A program made the position numbers and the translations under genes. A stretch of 32,000 nt of DNA from Dickeya dadantii NCPPB 898 (GTDB lineage Bacteria > Pseudomonadota > Gammaproteobacteria > Enterobacterales > Enterobacteriaceae): assembly GCF_000406145.1 (NCBI RefSeq), contig NZ_CM001976.1, forward strand, positions 375,776 to 407,775, in the 5' to 3' direction. Shown in pieces: positions 1 through 11,254 of the stretch. The notes under the pieces were generated by a model, which was given only the letters and a program-made list of their open reading frames with translations, made no database searches and was not told where the DNA came from. The stretch's first letter is position 1. Every line of letters begins with the position of its first letter.

Positions 1-615
1 CACCAGTCCGCTGAACAACAGCACCAGCGGCAGAATGCACAGCGCGGTCATCACCTGATCTTCATAGCGTTTGACCAGCGGAATATGGCTGAGGGCGTAA
101 CCCAGCGTAACGATGCCGGTAACCCACAGAAAACCGCTCAGCCAGTTGAAAATCTGAAAGCGGGTACTGCTAAGTCCGGACACCCCGGCGATGGTCGGCA
201 ACAAGGTGCGCACGAACGCCAGAAAACGACCAACCAGCAGTGCGGCCAGCCCATGCTGGTGGAACAGGTTGTGGGTGCGTTGATGATAGTGAGCCGGTAG
301 CTGATGCAGCCATTTCTTCACCAGCCGGGTATCTCCCAGCCAGCGCCCCTGAAGGTAACTCAGCCAGCAACCAAGACTGGCGGCTACGGTCAACAGCACC
401 ATAGTGGGAATGAAGCTCATCACGCCTTTGGCGATCATGGCGCCGGTTAGCAACAACAGGCTATCGCCCGGCAGAAACGAGGCGGGCAGCAAACCGTTTT
501 CCAGAAACAGGGTGGTGAAAAGCACGCCATAAATGACCCACACCACGCGCGGATCGGCCAGTGCGCTGAAGTCTTGTCGCCACAGCGCCTGAATAATTTC
601 ATGAACAACACTCAT
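1..615 (-). CDS. yghB: DedA-family inner-membrane protein (YghB/YqjA type); 3' end cut by window edge
   Basis: Absent from the ORF track because it runs off the window. Manual reverse translation from ATG (615-613) gives [65 protein letters not shown]...[20 protein letters not shown]... with no stop down to base 1. Colinear with E. coli YghB as recalled. Conserved yghB-metC-exbBD synteny. Confidence 0.85.
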   Translation of the reverse strand, partial: MSVVHEIIQALWRQDFSALADPRVVWVIYGVLFTTLFLENGLLPASFLPGDSLLLLTGAMIAKGVMSFIPTMVLLTVAASLGCWLSYLQGRWLGDTRLVKKWLHQLPAHYHQRTHNLFHQHGLAALLVGRFLAFVRTLLPTIAGVSGLSSTRFQIFNWLSGFLWVTGIVTLGYALSHIPLVKRYEDQVMTALCILPLVLLFSGLV

Positions 616-799
616 ATCGCATCCTGTCTGGTTTGCTATAACCCTTGAAGCCCGCGTAAATACGCCGCGCTGAGCCGGAAAAGACGAGCATCAGGATAGG
701 GTAAAAAAGGTAAACGTATTGTCATCGTTGTTACTGTTCATCATATACGCTTTGCCTGACTTACCACAGCGGCATCAGGGGGCTGGAGGGATAGTGGCG

Positions 800-1993
800 T
801 CACATTTCCCGCAATCTCCTGAAGCCGGTTTCCAAATCGGCGATCAAATCGTCGCAATCTTCCAGGCCGATGTGCAGCCGTACCAGCGTACCGGTAAAGT
901 CGACGCCGCCTGCCGGACGAATCGCCGCCAGTTCTTCCGGCTGGTTGGCCAGAATCAGCGATTCGAAACCGCCCCAGGAATAGGCCATGCGGAAATGGCT
1001 GAAATGGTCGAGATAATGGGCCAGTTGCTCGCGGCTCAGTTTGTCTTTCAGCACGAACGAAAACAGGCCGTTACTGCCGCTGAAATCCCGTACAAAGTAT
1101 TCGTGCCCTTTGCAGCCGGGCAGCGCCGGGTGGTTGACTATCGCCACTTCCGGGCGCTCCGCCAGCCAACGCGCCACGCGCAGGCCGTTTTCCTGATGCT
1201 GCTGCAACCTCACCCCCAGCGTCCGCAGCCCGCGGCTGGCCATGTAGGCGCTGTCGGCGTCGGCCATTTGCCCCATCAGGTAGGATTGCTCGCGCAACTG
1301 ATCCCAGCAGCGCGCGTTGGCGACGGCGGTGCCGATCATGGCATCGGAGTGGCCGACGATGTATTTGGTGCCGGCCTGAATCGAGATATCCACCCCCAGA
1401 TCCAGCGGACGAAACAGTACGCCGGCCGCCCAGGTGTTGTCGATCATGATGACGATATCCGGGTTAACGCGGCGAACGGCGGCGACAATCGCCGGAACGT
1501 CCTGCACTTCCATGGTGATGGAACCGGGTGATTCCAAAAATACAACTCGGGTATTGGGCTGGATCAGGCTGGCGATGTCGCCGCCAATCATCGGATCGAA
1601 AAAGGTGGTGCTGATGTTCATTTTGCTCAGCACTTTGTTACAAAAATCCTGCGTCGGTTCGTAGGCGGAACCGGTAACCAGCAGGTGATCGCCCGCCGAG
1701 ACAAACGAGACGATGGCGTTGGCGATCGCCGCCGCGCCGCAGGGGTAAAGCGCGCAGCCCGCGCCGCCTTCCAGTTCGGTCATGGCGTCCTGAAAAGCGA
1801 AGTGGGTCAGGGTGCCGCGACGACCGTAAAACAACGCGCCTTTGGCGCGATTAATGGTGGCGTGTTTTTTATCCTGCACGCTGTCGAATACCAGCGAAGA
1901 GGCACGCTGAATCACCGGGTTTACCGCCCCCTGGGTCACTCTTTTGCTGCGCCCGGCGGCCACCAGCGCGGTGGCGATTTTTTTACTCGTCAT
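800..1993 (-). CDS. metC: Cystathionine beta-lyase (PLP-dependent, Cys/Met metabolism family)
   Basis: 397-aa ORF with the typical MetC N-terminus (KxATxLVxAGR...[13 protein letters not shown]) and the PLP-Lys region ([18 protein letters not shown]). Sits between yghB and exbB as in E. coli. Confidence 0.93.
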   Translation of the reverse strand: MTSKKIATALVAAGRSKRVTQGAVNPVIQRASSLVFDSVQDKKHATINRAKGALFYGRRGTLTHFAFQDAMTELEGGAGCALYPCGAAAIANAIVSFVSAGDHLLVTGSAYEPTQDFCNKVLSKMNISTTFFDPMIGGDIASLIQPNTRVVFLESPGSITMEVQDVPAIVAAVRRVNPDIVIMIDNTWAAGVLFRPLDLGVDISIQAGTKYIVGHSDAMIGTAVANARCWDQLREQSYLMGQMADADSAYMASRGLRTLGVRLQQHQENGLRVARWLAERPEVAIVNHPALPGCKGHEYFVRDFSGSNGLFSFVLKDKLSREQLAHYLDHFSHFRMAYSWGGFESLILANQPEELAAIRPAGGVDFTGTLVRLHIGLEDCDDLIADLETGFRRLREM

Positions 1994-2166
1994 ACGGCAT
2001 CACCTGTAGCTCAAACATTCCTTGCGTCCATCGCTTTACGTTACCACGGCTGGGATGACAGGGGGGCGGCTTTTCTTATTTAAGATGAACATGCCGCTGA
2101 TGCGATGTAACGAATGTGCTGAGAAACGGTGCGTTAGAGGCAAAGCGTGCAGCAAAATGCGTAAAT

Positions 2167-2185
2167 AATAATGAGAACGACTATC
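2167..2185. promoter_or_regulatory. Putative Fur box in the metC/exbB divergent region
   Basis: AATAATGAGAACGACTATC matches about 14/19 positions of the Fur consensus GATAATGATAATCATTATC. It lies ~70 nt upstream of the exbB start. exbBD is classically Fur-repressed. Confidence 0.5.
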
Positions 2186-2255
2186 AATTAATTCTGGGTT
2201 TGGTATCATTTTCGCCAGATTAAAGTGGCATGAAAATGATGGGTGGAGGCACAGC

Positions 2256-3194
2256 GTGTATACGGCTGACAAGAATATTAACCAACGGGGATCATCAGTC
2301 TGGCGTAAGCCCGGCCGCGTGTTCGGGGGCTTTACTCAACGTCTGATGGCGTTCGCGTTGCTGGGGATGGCAGGCAGCGCATTGGCCGCGCCGGCGTCAA
2401 CGCCGATCGCGACCGGCACGGCAGCAGCGACTACCGCCGCTCCGTCCGCGCCGCCGGGAGCTGTCGGCAGCCTGATGAGCACGGATCTGTCCGTCTGGGG
2501 AATGTATCAGCACGCTGACGTGGTGGTAAAAACGGTGATGATCGGCCTGTTGCTGGCATCCGTGGTTACCTGGGCGATTTTCTTCGGCAAGAGTACCAGC
2601 CTGATGGGCGCCAAAAAGCGCATTCGTCGCGAGTATCAGGCGCTGGAAGACGCCCGCACGCTGGATGATGCGTTGGATATCTCCGGCGTGTTCAAACCGG
2701 GCAGCGTGTCGCTGCAACTGCTGGCGGATGCCCGCAATGAGCAGGAGCTGTCCGAACGTTCCGACGACAATAACGGCATCAAAGAGCGCACCGCGTTTCG
2801 TTTTGAACGCCGGGTAGCGGCTACCGGGCGTCAGATGGGGCGCGGAACCGGTTATCTGGCGACGGTGGGGGCTATCGCGCCGTTCATCGGTCTGTTCGGC
2901 ACCGTGTGGGGCATCATGAACAGCTTTATCGGCATCGCCCAGTCGCAGACCACCAATCTGGCGGTGGTAGCGCCGGGTATCGCCGAAGCGCTGCTGGCGA
3001 CGGCTATCGGTCTGGTCGCGGCGATTCCGGCGGTGGTGATTTATAACGTGTTCGCACGCTGGACAGCCGGTTACAAGGCGATGGTGGGCGATGTGGCCGC
3101 GCAGATTCTGCTGTTGCAGAGCCGCGATCTGGATATTGCAGCCAGTGCCGGCAACGCGTCTTCTTCACCGGCGCAGAAACTGCGGGTAGGGTAA
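2256..3194 (+). CDS. exbB: TonB-system energizer ExbB (MotA/TolQ/ExbB channel family), long form with Ala/Thr/Pro-rich N-terminal extension
   Basis: 312-aa ORF. GTG start is preceded by GGAGG 6 nt upstream. The C-terminal ~230 aa carry the ExbB transmembrane core (GAIAPFIGLFGTVWGIMNSF...APGIAEALLATAIGLVAAIPAVVIYN). Followed 4 nt later by exbD. An alternative start at M31 (2346) is possible. Confidence 0.92.
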   Translation: MYTADKNINQRGSSVWRKPGRVFGGFTQRLMAFALLGMAGSALAAPASTPIATGTAAATTAAPSAPPGAVGSLMSTDLSVWGMYQHADVVVKTVMIGLLLASVVTWAIFFGKSTSLMGAKKRIRREYQALEDARTLDDALDISGVFKPGSVSLQLLADARNEQELSERSDDNNGIKERTAFRFERRVAATGRQMGRGTGYLATVGAIAPFIGLFGTVWGIMNSFIGIAQSQTTNLAVVAPGIAEALLATAIGLVAAIPAVVIYNVFARWTAGYKAMVGDVAAQILLLQSRDLDIAASAGNASSSPAQKLRVG

Positions 3195-3198
3195 GTCG

Positions 3199-3618
3199 AT
3201 GGCGATGCATCTGAACGACGGGCAGGGTGAAAACGGTGAAATGCATGACATCAACGTGACGCCGTTCATCGACGTCATGCTGGTGCTGTTAATCATCTTC
3301 ATGGTGGCTGCGCCGCTGGCGACGGTGGATGTGCGGGTTAATCTGCCCGCCTCCAGCGCCACGCCGCAGCCGCGCCCGGAAAAACCGGTGTTCCTGACGG
3401 TGAAGGCCGATAAACAGCTCTATCTGGGCGACGATGCGATCACCGAAGCGACGCTGGCTCAGGCGCTGGAAGCCAAAACCCTGGGCAATAAAGACACCAC
3501 CATTTTCTTCCAGGCAGACAAGAGTGTGGATTACGAAACCCTGATGCGGGTGATGGATTCGCTGCGCGAAACGGGCTACCTCAAAATCGGCCTGATGGGC
3601 GCGGAGAAAGCGCGCTGA
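3199..3618 (+). CDS. exbD: TonB-system protein ExbD
   Basis: 139-aa ORF with the motif INVTPFIDVMLVLLIIFMVAAPL and a periplasmic domain (ADKSVDYETLMRVMDSLR), as in ExbD/TolR. Confidence 0.95.
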   Translation: MAMHLNDGQGENGEMHDINVTPFIDVMLVLLIIFMVAAPLATVDVRVNLPASSATPQPRPEKPVFLTVKADKQLYLGDDAITEATLAQALEAKTLGNKDTTIFFQADKSVDYETLMRVMDSLRETGYLKIGLMGAEKAR

Positions 3619-3643
3619 GGCGCGGTTTCCTGCCTGAACTGAA

Positions 3644-3668
3644 CCACCGCTTCGGCGGTGGTTTTTTT
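3644..3668 (+). terminator. Rho-independent terminator after exbD
   Basis: CCACCGC-TTCG-GCGGTGG stem-loop followed by TTTTTTT. Confidence 0.8.
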
Positions 3669-3748
3669 ATGTGCGCTTGGTCTTTTGCACGTTGCCGCGC
3701 CTAAACCGAGAGCGCTAACGGCGCCTGCCGAATCCTTGCGGCCTCGGA

Positions 3749-4399
3749 CTATTGTTCAATCACTATGATTCCGAGACGCTCCATCAACGTATTTATCTGA
3801 TGACTATCTAACTTTACGCCTTCGAGATTTGTCGAACGCACATCAAGCTCCCCCAATTCGGCGTTGATTAAATCGCATTGCGTAAAGTCGGCGGAGCGCC
3901 AGTCAAAAGCATTAAACTCTCCCCCGGACAAATCGGAGCCGACAAAGCTGGCGCCGTTGACATTCGCGCCTGTCCAGCGGTTTTCCCATAGCTCACACTT
4001 TTCCAGTATGACGCCCGACAGGTTGGCGTAACTTAAATTTGATTTCGTGATGTAGGCGCTGCAAAACCATGTGCGGGCGGTAATCCTGTTCATGAAGCTT
4101 GCGTCCCGGAAGTCGGCGCCCTGTGCCCGGCAGTCGCGTATTTCAATGCCCAGTGCTTTCACCGAGCGGAAATTACACAGCGACAAATCGCAGTTTTTAA
4201 AGCTGGCGTCTTTCAACGTCGCTCTATAAAAATTACAGCCCATTTGGCTTTCTTGATCGAAAAACTGGCAGTTCAAAAACTGGGTATCAGTTAAATCGCA
4301 GCCTGCAAAGTCGCAATTATGGAATTTACAGTTTTCGATGAGCTGTTGGGTGAAGCGATCCGCACTGAACTTTTGCTCTGTAAAGGTCTGGGCAATCAT
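3749..4399 (-). CDS. qnr: Qnr-family pentapeptide-repeat protein (DNA-gyrase protection / quinolone-resistance type)
   Basis: The ORF aligns along its full length to QnrB/SmaQnr as recalled (...NCDFAGCDLTDTQF..CQFFDQESQMGCNF..A.LKDASFKNCDLS...ALGIEIRDCRAQGADFRDASFMN.IT.RTWFCSAYITKSNLSYAN.S.VILEKCELWENRW.G...GA.F.GSDLSGGEF..FDWR.A.F..CDL.N.ELG.LD.R...L.GVKLD......LMERLGI). Preferred start is ATG 4399 (216 aa; AGGTG RBS). The ORF track begins at GTG 4405. Confidence 0.88.
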   Translation of the reverse strand: MIAQTFTEQKFSADRFTQQLIENCKFHNCDFAGCDLTDTQFLNCQFFDQESQMGCNFYRATLKDASFKNCDLSLCNFRSVKALGIEIRDCRAQGADFRDASFMNRITARTWFCSAYITKSNLSYANLSGVILEKCELWENRWTGANVNGASFVGSDLSGGEFNAFDWRSADFTQCDLINAELGELDVRSTNLEGVKLDSHQINTLMERLGIIVIEQ

Positions 4400-4407
4400 T
4401 ATCACAC

Positions 4408-4423
4408 CTGTAAATATAACCAG
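4408..4423. promoter_or_regulatory. LexA (SOS) box-like site overlapping the qnr RBS
   Basis: CTGTAAATATAACCAG has the form CTG-N10-CAG with an AT-rich centre. With flanks it matches about 14/20 positions of TACTGTATATATATACAGTA. It lies 9 nt upstream of ATG 4399. qnrB-type genes are known to carry a LexA box just upstream of the start codon. Confidence 0.55.
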
Positions 4424-4463
4424 TTTTCGGTCATCTTACTGGTCGCCAGCCTCGCAAGCTACT

Positions 4464-4493
4464 TTTTGTCACGCGAACTTTTGTCACGCGAAC
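4464..4493. repeat. Perfect 15-bp tandem duplication (TTTTGTCACGCGAAC x2) in the qnr upstream region
   Basis: Read directly. A third partial TTTT follows at 4494-4497. Confidence 0.9.
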
Positions 4494-4527
4494 TTTTCGG
4501 TGAGACCTTTGGGAGGCGCTATCGTGT

Positions 4528-5568
4528 TCAGGCGCGGGAATCCGGGTGACGCCAGTGCGGGCGGGTCGGCACATATACGCGGCTTTCCGTCAGCGGCTGT
4601 CCTTCAATCAGTGCGTTGATCATCTCAAAACTGTTGCGCGCCAGCGTCTCGCAATCCTGCGCCACGGTATCGATCTTCATCGGCAGGCAATCGAACAGGT
4701 AGTGATCGTCAAAGCTGCACAGCCGCATGTCGCAGTCCATCAGGTTGTGCTGATTCAGGTAACGCAGCACGCCTTCCAGCAGGCCGCAGGCGGCGGTAAA
4801 CAGCGCTTTGGGCGGCCGGCCGAGGCGGGCGCACAGTTGGGCGAACATCTCGTAACCGGCGCTGGAATGATAGTTGCCGTGGATAATCCATTCCGGGCGG
4901 CACTCGACGCCGGCGCGCTCCAGCCCAAGCTGGAAACCGGCCAGTCGATCGCGGGTAGGGGAAATGCGCGGCTGACCGCCGATGAAATAGAACTCGTCCG
5001 GATGCCGACGGGCGATGTTTTCCACCAGCGCAGCGGTAGACTCCACCGCTTCGGAAACCACCATCGGCAGGTTGGACTCGCCGATCACCCGGTCGAACTG
5101 CAACACCGGCAACTGCTGATTAATCTTTTGGTATTCGACATCGCTCAACATGCTGGAGGCGACGATCAGGCCGTCCACCTGACGCTGTATCAGGCTGTTG
5201 ACCGCCATCATTTCCTGGCTGGCGTTCTCATCGGTACAGGCAATCAGCAACTGCAACCCGGCTTCCCGACACAAGCACTCCAGTTCGCGGGAGATCATCG
5301 CAAAACCGTAGTTGGTCATTTCCGGCACCACCAGCCCCAGCGTGTTGCTACGGCTGGAGCGCAGAGAGCGGGCGTGGATGCTGGGTTGATAGCGTTGCTG
5401 TTGCGCCAGCGCCAGCACCCGGTCACGGGTTTCGTCCGAAACGCGGAACTCTTTGCTGCGGCCATTGAGAACCAGACTGGCGGTGGATTTGGATACTCCC
5501 GCCAGTCGTGCGATGTCGCTGATTGTGACGCGTTTGGTCTGTTTCACCGTGATATCTTTAGAGGACAA
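4528..5568 (-). CDS. scrR: LacI/GalR-family sucrose operon repressor
   Basis: 346-aa ORF with an N-terminal HTH ([23 protein letters not shown]) and a periplasmic-binding-protein-like core. It is the last gene of a scrK-Y-A-B-R array. Confidence 0.88.
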   Translation of the reverse strand: MSSKDITVKQTKRVTISDIARLAGVSKSTASLVLNGRSKEFRVSDETRDRVLALAQQQRYQPSIHARSLRSSRSNTLGLVVPEMTNYGFAMISRELECLCREAGLQLLIACTDENASQEMMAVNSLIQRQVDGLIVASSMLSDVEYQKINQQLPVLQFDRVIGESNLPMVVSEAVESTAALVENIARRHPDEFYFIGGQPRISPTRDRLAGFQLGLERAGVECRPEWIIHGNYHSSAGYEMFAQLCARLGRPPKALFTAACGLLEGVLRYLNQHNLMDCDMRLCSFDDHYLFDCLPMKIDTVAQDCETLARNSFEMINALIEGQPLTESRVYVPTRPHWRHPDSRA

Positions 5569-5596
5569 TGTGCCTTTAATGGCATGAAAAGGAACC

Positions 5597-7009
5597 TTAT
5601 TCTATCACGCACGGTGCCAACAGCCAGTGTTGCAGCGTAATGCGTCCGGAACCGCTGAAGCTGACCATGGCGTCGCTGGTGGGGAAGTAGCGTGACGACA
5701 TCACCGCCTGCCCGTGGTTGATAAAGATTTCCACGCTGGAGCGGTCGCACAGAATCTGTAGGTGGTGCAGCGGGCCGTCATGCCAGTAACGGTGTTCCGA
5801 CTCATTGGTGCGGCGATTACGGCGGCTCAGGGTCAGGCGTTCGCCGTCCCAGCACAGCACCATTACTCCGGCGAAGTTGAGCTGAAATTCGCCCTGCGTG
5901 TCCAGCACCAGTTCCGCGCTGCTGGCGGGCAACGCGGGCGCGTAATCGGCGACGCCCTGCCACAGATGTTCCAGATGACGCAGGCTTTGCAGCTCGCGCA
6001 CCGGTTGCTGGTAAATCCGGTCATCGCGCAGCGTCAGTTCACGCGGGCAGGTCATGGTATGGATCCAGCCGTGGACGATCGTGGGCTGGAAGAACTCGTT
6101 CTGATCCGGCACGCCCATCCAGCCGAACAGCAGCCGGCGGCCATCTTCGCTTTGCGTGGTTTGCGGCGCGTAAAATTCGAAGCCCAGATCCAGTTCGTGG
6201 AACGCCTGATGGGTGAAGCGGCCGCTGTCGTAGTCGAGCGAGCCGATGAAATAGCCGGACTGATGGGTATTCAGGTAGCGCTCTTCTTCGGCGGGCAGCC
6301 CCTGCGGGCAGCAAATCAGCACGTCGTGGTTTTCCAGTGCAAACAGGTCCGGACATTCCCACATGTAACCGAAATCGCCCAGCCCGTTGAGCCGGGAGCC
6401 GGCGATTTCACCCAGAGCATGCCACTGCAGCAGATCGGAGGACCGATACAGCAGCACCTTGCCCTGCAAATCCATATCTTGCGCGCCCAGCACCATGTAC
6501 CAGTTATCCTGATGACGCCAGACCTTCGGGTCGCGAACGTGGCCGGTGTACCCTTCCGGCAATGACAACACCGGGCCGGTCTTGTCGAATTCGCCGTCGT
6601 CGTTGGCGCGCGCCAGACACTGATACGCGGTGCGTGAGCCGTCGTCGTATTTCACATTGCCGGTATAAATCAGCACCAGGGCATCGTTGTCCACCACGGC
6701 GGAGCCAGAATAACAGCCGTGGCTTTCATAGCTTTCCGCCGGCACCAGCGCCACCGGTTCGTGACGCCAGTGCACCAGATCGGCGGAGCTCCAGTGCCCC
6801 CAGAACTTGGCGCCGTGGGCGCAGGCCTGTGGATTCCACTGATAAAACAGATGGTAACGCCCCTTATGCTGCACGAATCCATTGGGGTCGTTCAGCAGCC
6901 CGACCAGCGGCGACAGGTGCCACTGCGGACGATGCGGGTCATAGGTTTGCCGTGACGGTCCGGACATCAGGGCGTAGGCCATGCGTTTTAACAGATGGAT
7001 TTCCTTCAT
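5597..7009 (-). CDS. scrB: Sucrose-6-phosphate hydrolase (GH32 invertase)
   Basis: 470-aa ORF with GH32 motifs ([15 protein letters not shown]..., FYQWNP, RDPKV, MWECPD). The start overlaps the scrA stop by 1 nt (TAATG). Confidence 0.93.
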   Translation of the reverse strand: MKEIHLLKRMAYALMSGPSRQTYDPHRPQWHLSPLVGLLNDPNGFVQHKGRYHLFYQWNPQACAHGAKFWGHWSSADLVHWRHEPVALVPAESYESHGCYSGSAVVDNDALVLIYTGNVKYDDGSRTAYQCLARANDDGEFDKTGPVLSLPEGYTGHVRDPKVWRHQDNWYMVLGAQDMDLQGKVLLYRSSDLLQWHALGEIAGSRLNGLGDFGYMWECPDLFALENHDVLICCPQGLPAEEERYLNTHQSGYFIGSLDYDSGRFTHQAFHELDLGFEFYAPQTTQSEDGRRLLFGWMGVPDQNEFFQPTIVHGWIHTMTCPRELTLRDDRIYQQPVRELQSLRHLEHLWQGVADYAPALPASSAELVLDTQGEFQLNFAGVMVLCWDGERLTLSRRNRRTNESEHRYWHDGPLHHLQILCDRSSVEIFINHGQAVMSSRYFPTSDAMVSFSGSGRITLQHWLLAPCVIE

Positions 7010-8379
7010 TATGCGTTGTCCGTTTTGTATTTCAGCAACAGAGAGATCAGGAAGGCAGCGCCAAAGGCGATCAACATACCGAGCAGATAATTCAGCATTG
7101 AGCCAGCCTGTACGATGGCAAGGCCCGGAATGCCGGTCAGCCCGACCGCCGTCATGTTGACGTGGTTGGCGACGACCCAGGCGCCACCCAACGCACCGCC
7201 CGCCAGCCCGGCCAGGAACGGTTTGATGAAGCGCAGGTTAATCCCGAAGATCGCCGCTTCGGTAATGCCGAGCAGACAGGAAAGCGACGACGGCACGGCG
7301 ATGGCTCTGATTTTAGCGTCGCGGGTTTTGAAGTATACCGCCAGACAGGCGCCGCCCTGCGCCACGTTAGCCATCGCCCAGATCGGCAGCAGGAAGTTGA
7401 CGCCGATGGACGGGTTACCCAGCAATCCGGCTTCGATGGCGTGGAAGCTGTGGTGGACGCCGGTGATGACGATAGCCGAATACAGTCCGCCGAACAGCAG
7501 CCCGGCCAGCCAGCCCGCGTGGGTAATCAGGGTGCTCAGCACTAAGGAAATGCCGTCGCCCAGCATGCGGCCCGCCGGGCCAATCACCAGCATGGCGACG
7601 AAGCCGGAAATGATCACGGTCAGGAACGGCGTCACGATGATATCCAGCGCGTTCGGCACCACCTTACGCAGGCGCTTTTCCACCAGACTCATGAACCATA
7701 CCGCCAGCAATACCGGGAACACGGTGCCCTGGTAACCGATCATGGCGAATTCCAGACCGAACAGGTGCATGGTTTTGAAACCGCCGGCCACGCCCCAGGC
7801 GTTGGTCAGCGCCGGGTGGGTGAGGATGCCGCCCAGCGTCGCGCCCAGATAGGGGTTGCCGCCAAATTCACGCGCGGCGGTAAAGCCGATCAAAATCGGC
7901 AGAATGATGAACGCGGCGGAGCTGAACATATCCAGCATCACGAAAATGGCGCTGCCGGCATCGACCCAGCCGTAGGTCTTGATCATGCCGAGCAGGCCCA
8001 TCAGCAGGCCGGAGGCGACAATCGCCGGGATAATCGGCACGAAAATGTTCGACAGCAACCGGGCCAGGCGTTGCAGCGGGTTGAGTTTCTGCGCCGCCAG
8101 CGTGGCCGCTTCGCTGGTGCTGGCTTCGCTGATGCCGGCGGCCTTGATGAATTCGGCGTAGACCTTGTTCACCAGCCCGGAGCCAAAAATAATCTGCATC
8201 TGGCCGGCATTCTGGAAACACCCTTTGACGCCTTCGACATTTTCGATGGCGGTTTTATCGGCCAGGCTGTCATCGTTGAGCACCAGCCGCAGGCGGGTGG
8301 CGCAGTGCGCGGCGCTGGCGATATTTTCCCTGCCTCCCAGTAAAGGGATCAGGGAGGCCGCAGTGGCATGAATATCCAT
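7009..8379 (-). CDS. scrA: PTS sucrose-specific EIIBC component
   Basis: 456-aa ORF. N-terminal EIIB with an active-site Cys (NIASAAHCATRLR), followed by a polytopic EIIC domain. Confidence 0.93.
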   Translation of the reverse strand: MDIHATAASLIPLLGGRENIASAAHCATRLRLVLNDDSLADKTAIENVEGVKGCFQNAGQMQIIFGSGLVNKVYAEFIKAAGISEASTSEAATLAAQKLNPLQRLARLLSNIFVPIIPAIVASGLLMGLLGMIKTYGWVDAGSAIFVMLDMFSSAAFIILPILIGFTAAREFGGNPYLGATLGGILTHPALTNAWGVAGGFKTMHLFGLEFAMIGYQGTVFPVLLAVWFMSLVEKRLRKVVPNALDIIVTPFLTVIISGFVAMLVIGPAGRMLGDGISLVLSTLITHAGWLAGLLFGGLYSAIVITGVHHSFHAIEAGLLGNPSIGVNFLLPIWAMANVAQGGACLAVYFKTRDAKIRAIAVPSSLSCLLGITEAAIFGINLRFIKPFLAGLAGGALGGAWVVANHVNMTAVGLTGIPGLAIVQAGSMLNYLLGMLIAFGAAFLISLLLKYKTDNA

Positions 8380-8460
8380 AGTCTTCCTCTTTTATCAATC
8401 AGGTGTGCGGCCACCCGTCACCGGTAGCATAAGCCTTGCCGGTGACGGCCGCGTTAACCG

Positions 8461-10098
<1,638 letters not shown>

Positions 10099-10127
10099 TC
10101 AGATGGCTTTTTTTGTTTTGCTAAATT

Positions 10128-10145
10128 GCTAAACCGGTTATGCAG
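10128..10145. promoter_or_regulatory. Putative ScrR (LacI-type) operator upstream of scrY
   Basis: TGCTAAACCGGTTATGCA is 14/18 self-complementary around a CCGG centre. It shares the half-site GCTAAACCG with the site upstream of scrK (11239-11254). Confidence 0.45.
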
Positions 10146-10204
10146 CGAAAGCTAAATGGGGCGAAGAGGGTTGGCAAGGAATTTTGTTTTCTTGCTGTGC
10201 TAAC

Positions 10205-10220
10205 TGTGATCATGACAACA
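10205..10220. promoter_or_regulatory. Possible CRP site upstream of scrY
   Basis: TGTGA-TCATGA-CAACA matches 8/10 positions of TGTGA-N6-TCACA. It lies ~130 nt upstream of the scrY start. Confidence 0.3.
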
Positions 10221-10255
10221 AAACCCGCTCCCGACGGTGCATGCGGCTGTCGGGA
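10218..10255 (-). terminator. Probable terminator after scrK
   Basis: On the minus strand, a TCCCGAC...GTCGGGA hairpin (10229-10255) is followed by GCGGGTTTTGTTGTC. Confidence 0.45.
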
Positions 10256-10270
10256 ACCGGTTCTGAAAGG

Positions 10271-11194
10271 CTATGACGCGGTGGTGAGTTGATGGGCGAA
10301 CGGTAGCGCCGTCATCGCGCCTTTGGCGGTGGTCGCCAGTGCGCCGCAGCGTTGCGCCTGCGTGAGCACGCTATGCCAGTCGTCAATCTGGTACAGGCTA
10401 TCGTAGCCGGCCAGCGCGGCGAGCATGCCGGCGACAAAGGCATCGCCGGCGCCGGTGGTGTCGACCGGGGTGACGCGGTGCGCCAGGAAGTGCCGCAACT
10501 GGTGGCCGTCATGCAGCCAGACGCCGTCGCCGCCCTGAGTAATCAGCAACCGTTTGATGGGGTAGCGGGCCATCAGGTTAGCACTGCCCTGACGAATGTC
10601 CTCGCTGCCGCTGAGAAACAGGAATTCCTCTTCCGACAGCTTCACCACGTCCGCCAGCGCCAGCACCTGATCCAGACTGGTTCTCAATTCCTGCTCGCTG
10701 CGCCACAGGTCGGCGCGGATATTCGGGTCAAAACTGACCCATCCTTGTGCGGCGCGAATCCGTTGTATCGCTTCCAGCGCCGTGCTGCGCGACGGTTCGC
10801 GAGACAGCGCGATAGAGCACAGGTGCAGCCATTCGCTGCGCTGAAACGCCGGCAGGTCGGACGGTTGCAGGAACAGGTCGGCGCTGGGGCGCACCATGAA
10901 CGTGAAGGTGCGTTCACCCTGGGCATCAAGACTCACCACCACGGTGGAAGTACGGTGTTCCGCATCCGGTTGCATGTGGCGGATATCTACCTGCTCGCGG
11001 GCCAGCACGTCGCGCAGGAAATGGCCGAACGCGTCCTCGCCGACGCGGCCGATAAAGCCGCTGTGTCCGCCCAATCGGGCGACGCCCACGGCGACGTTGG
11101 CGGGCGCGCCCCCCGGACATTTCAGATAGCGCTCCTCGCCTTCCGGAATGAGGTCGACTACCGCATCGCCCATTACCCATACTTTGTGAGACAT
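10271..11194 (-). CDS. scrK: Fructokinase (PfkB/ribokinase family)
   Basis: 307-aa ORF with VWVMGDAVVDLIPE...PGGAPANVAVGVARLGG at the N-terminus and DTTGAGDAFVAGMLA near the C-terminus. First gene of the scr regulon. Confidence 0.9.
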   Translation of the reverse strand: MSHKVWVMGDAVVDLIPEGEERYLKCPGGAPANVAVGVARLGGHSGFIGRVGEDAFGHFLRDVLAREQVDIRHMQPDAEHRTSTVVVSLDAQGERTFTFMVRPSADLFLQPSDLPAFQRSEWLHLCSIALSREPSRSTALEAIQRIRAAQGWVSFDPNIRADLWRSEQELRTSLDQVLALADVVKLSEEEFLFLSGSEDIRQGSANLMARYPIKRLLITQGGDGVWLHDGHQLRHFLAHRVTPVDTTGAGDAFVAGMLAALAGYDSLYQIDDWHSVLTQAQRCGALATTAKGAMTALPFAHQLTTAS

Positions 11195-11238
11195 AATTAC
11201 ACTCTTTATCGGGATAGTTAAACTGTTCGCTAAAATAG

Positions 11239-11254
11239 AAGAAACGGTTTAGCT
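11239..11254. promoter_or_regulatory. Putative ScrR operator upstream of scrK
   Basis: AAGAAACGGTTTAGCT contains the reverse complement of the GCTAAACCG half-site also seen upstream of scrY. It lies ~45-60 nt upstream of the scrK ATG. Confidence 0.4.

Noticed and set aside
4546-5640. 364-aa ORF on the plus strand
   Set aside because: It is antisense to scrR and is a GC-driven shadow ORF. The same reasoning applies to 719-1531, 10352-11221, 17461-18132, 18506-19186, 19220-19909, 24206-24982, 25704-26609, 26611-27427 and 30051-30971.
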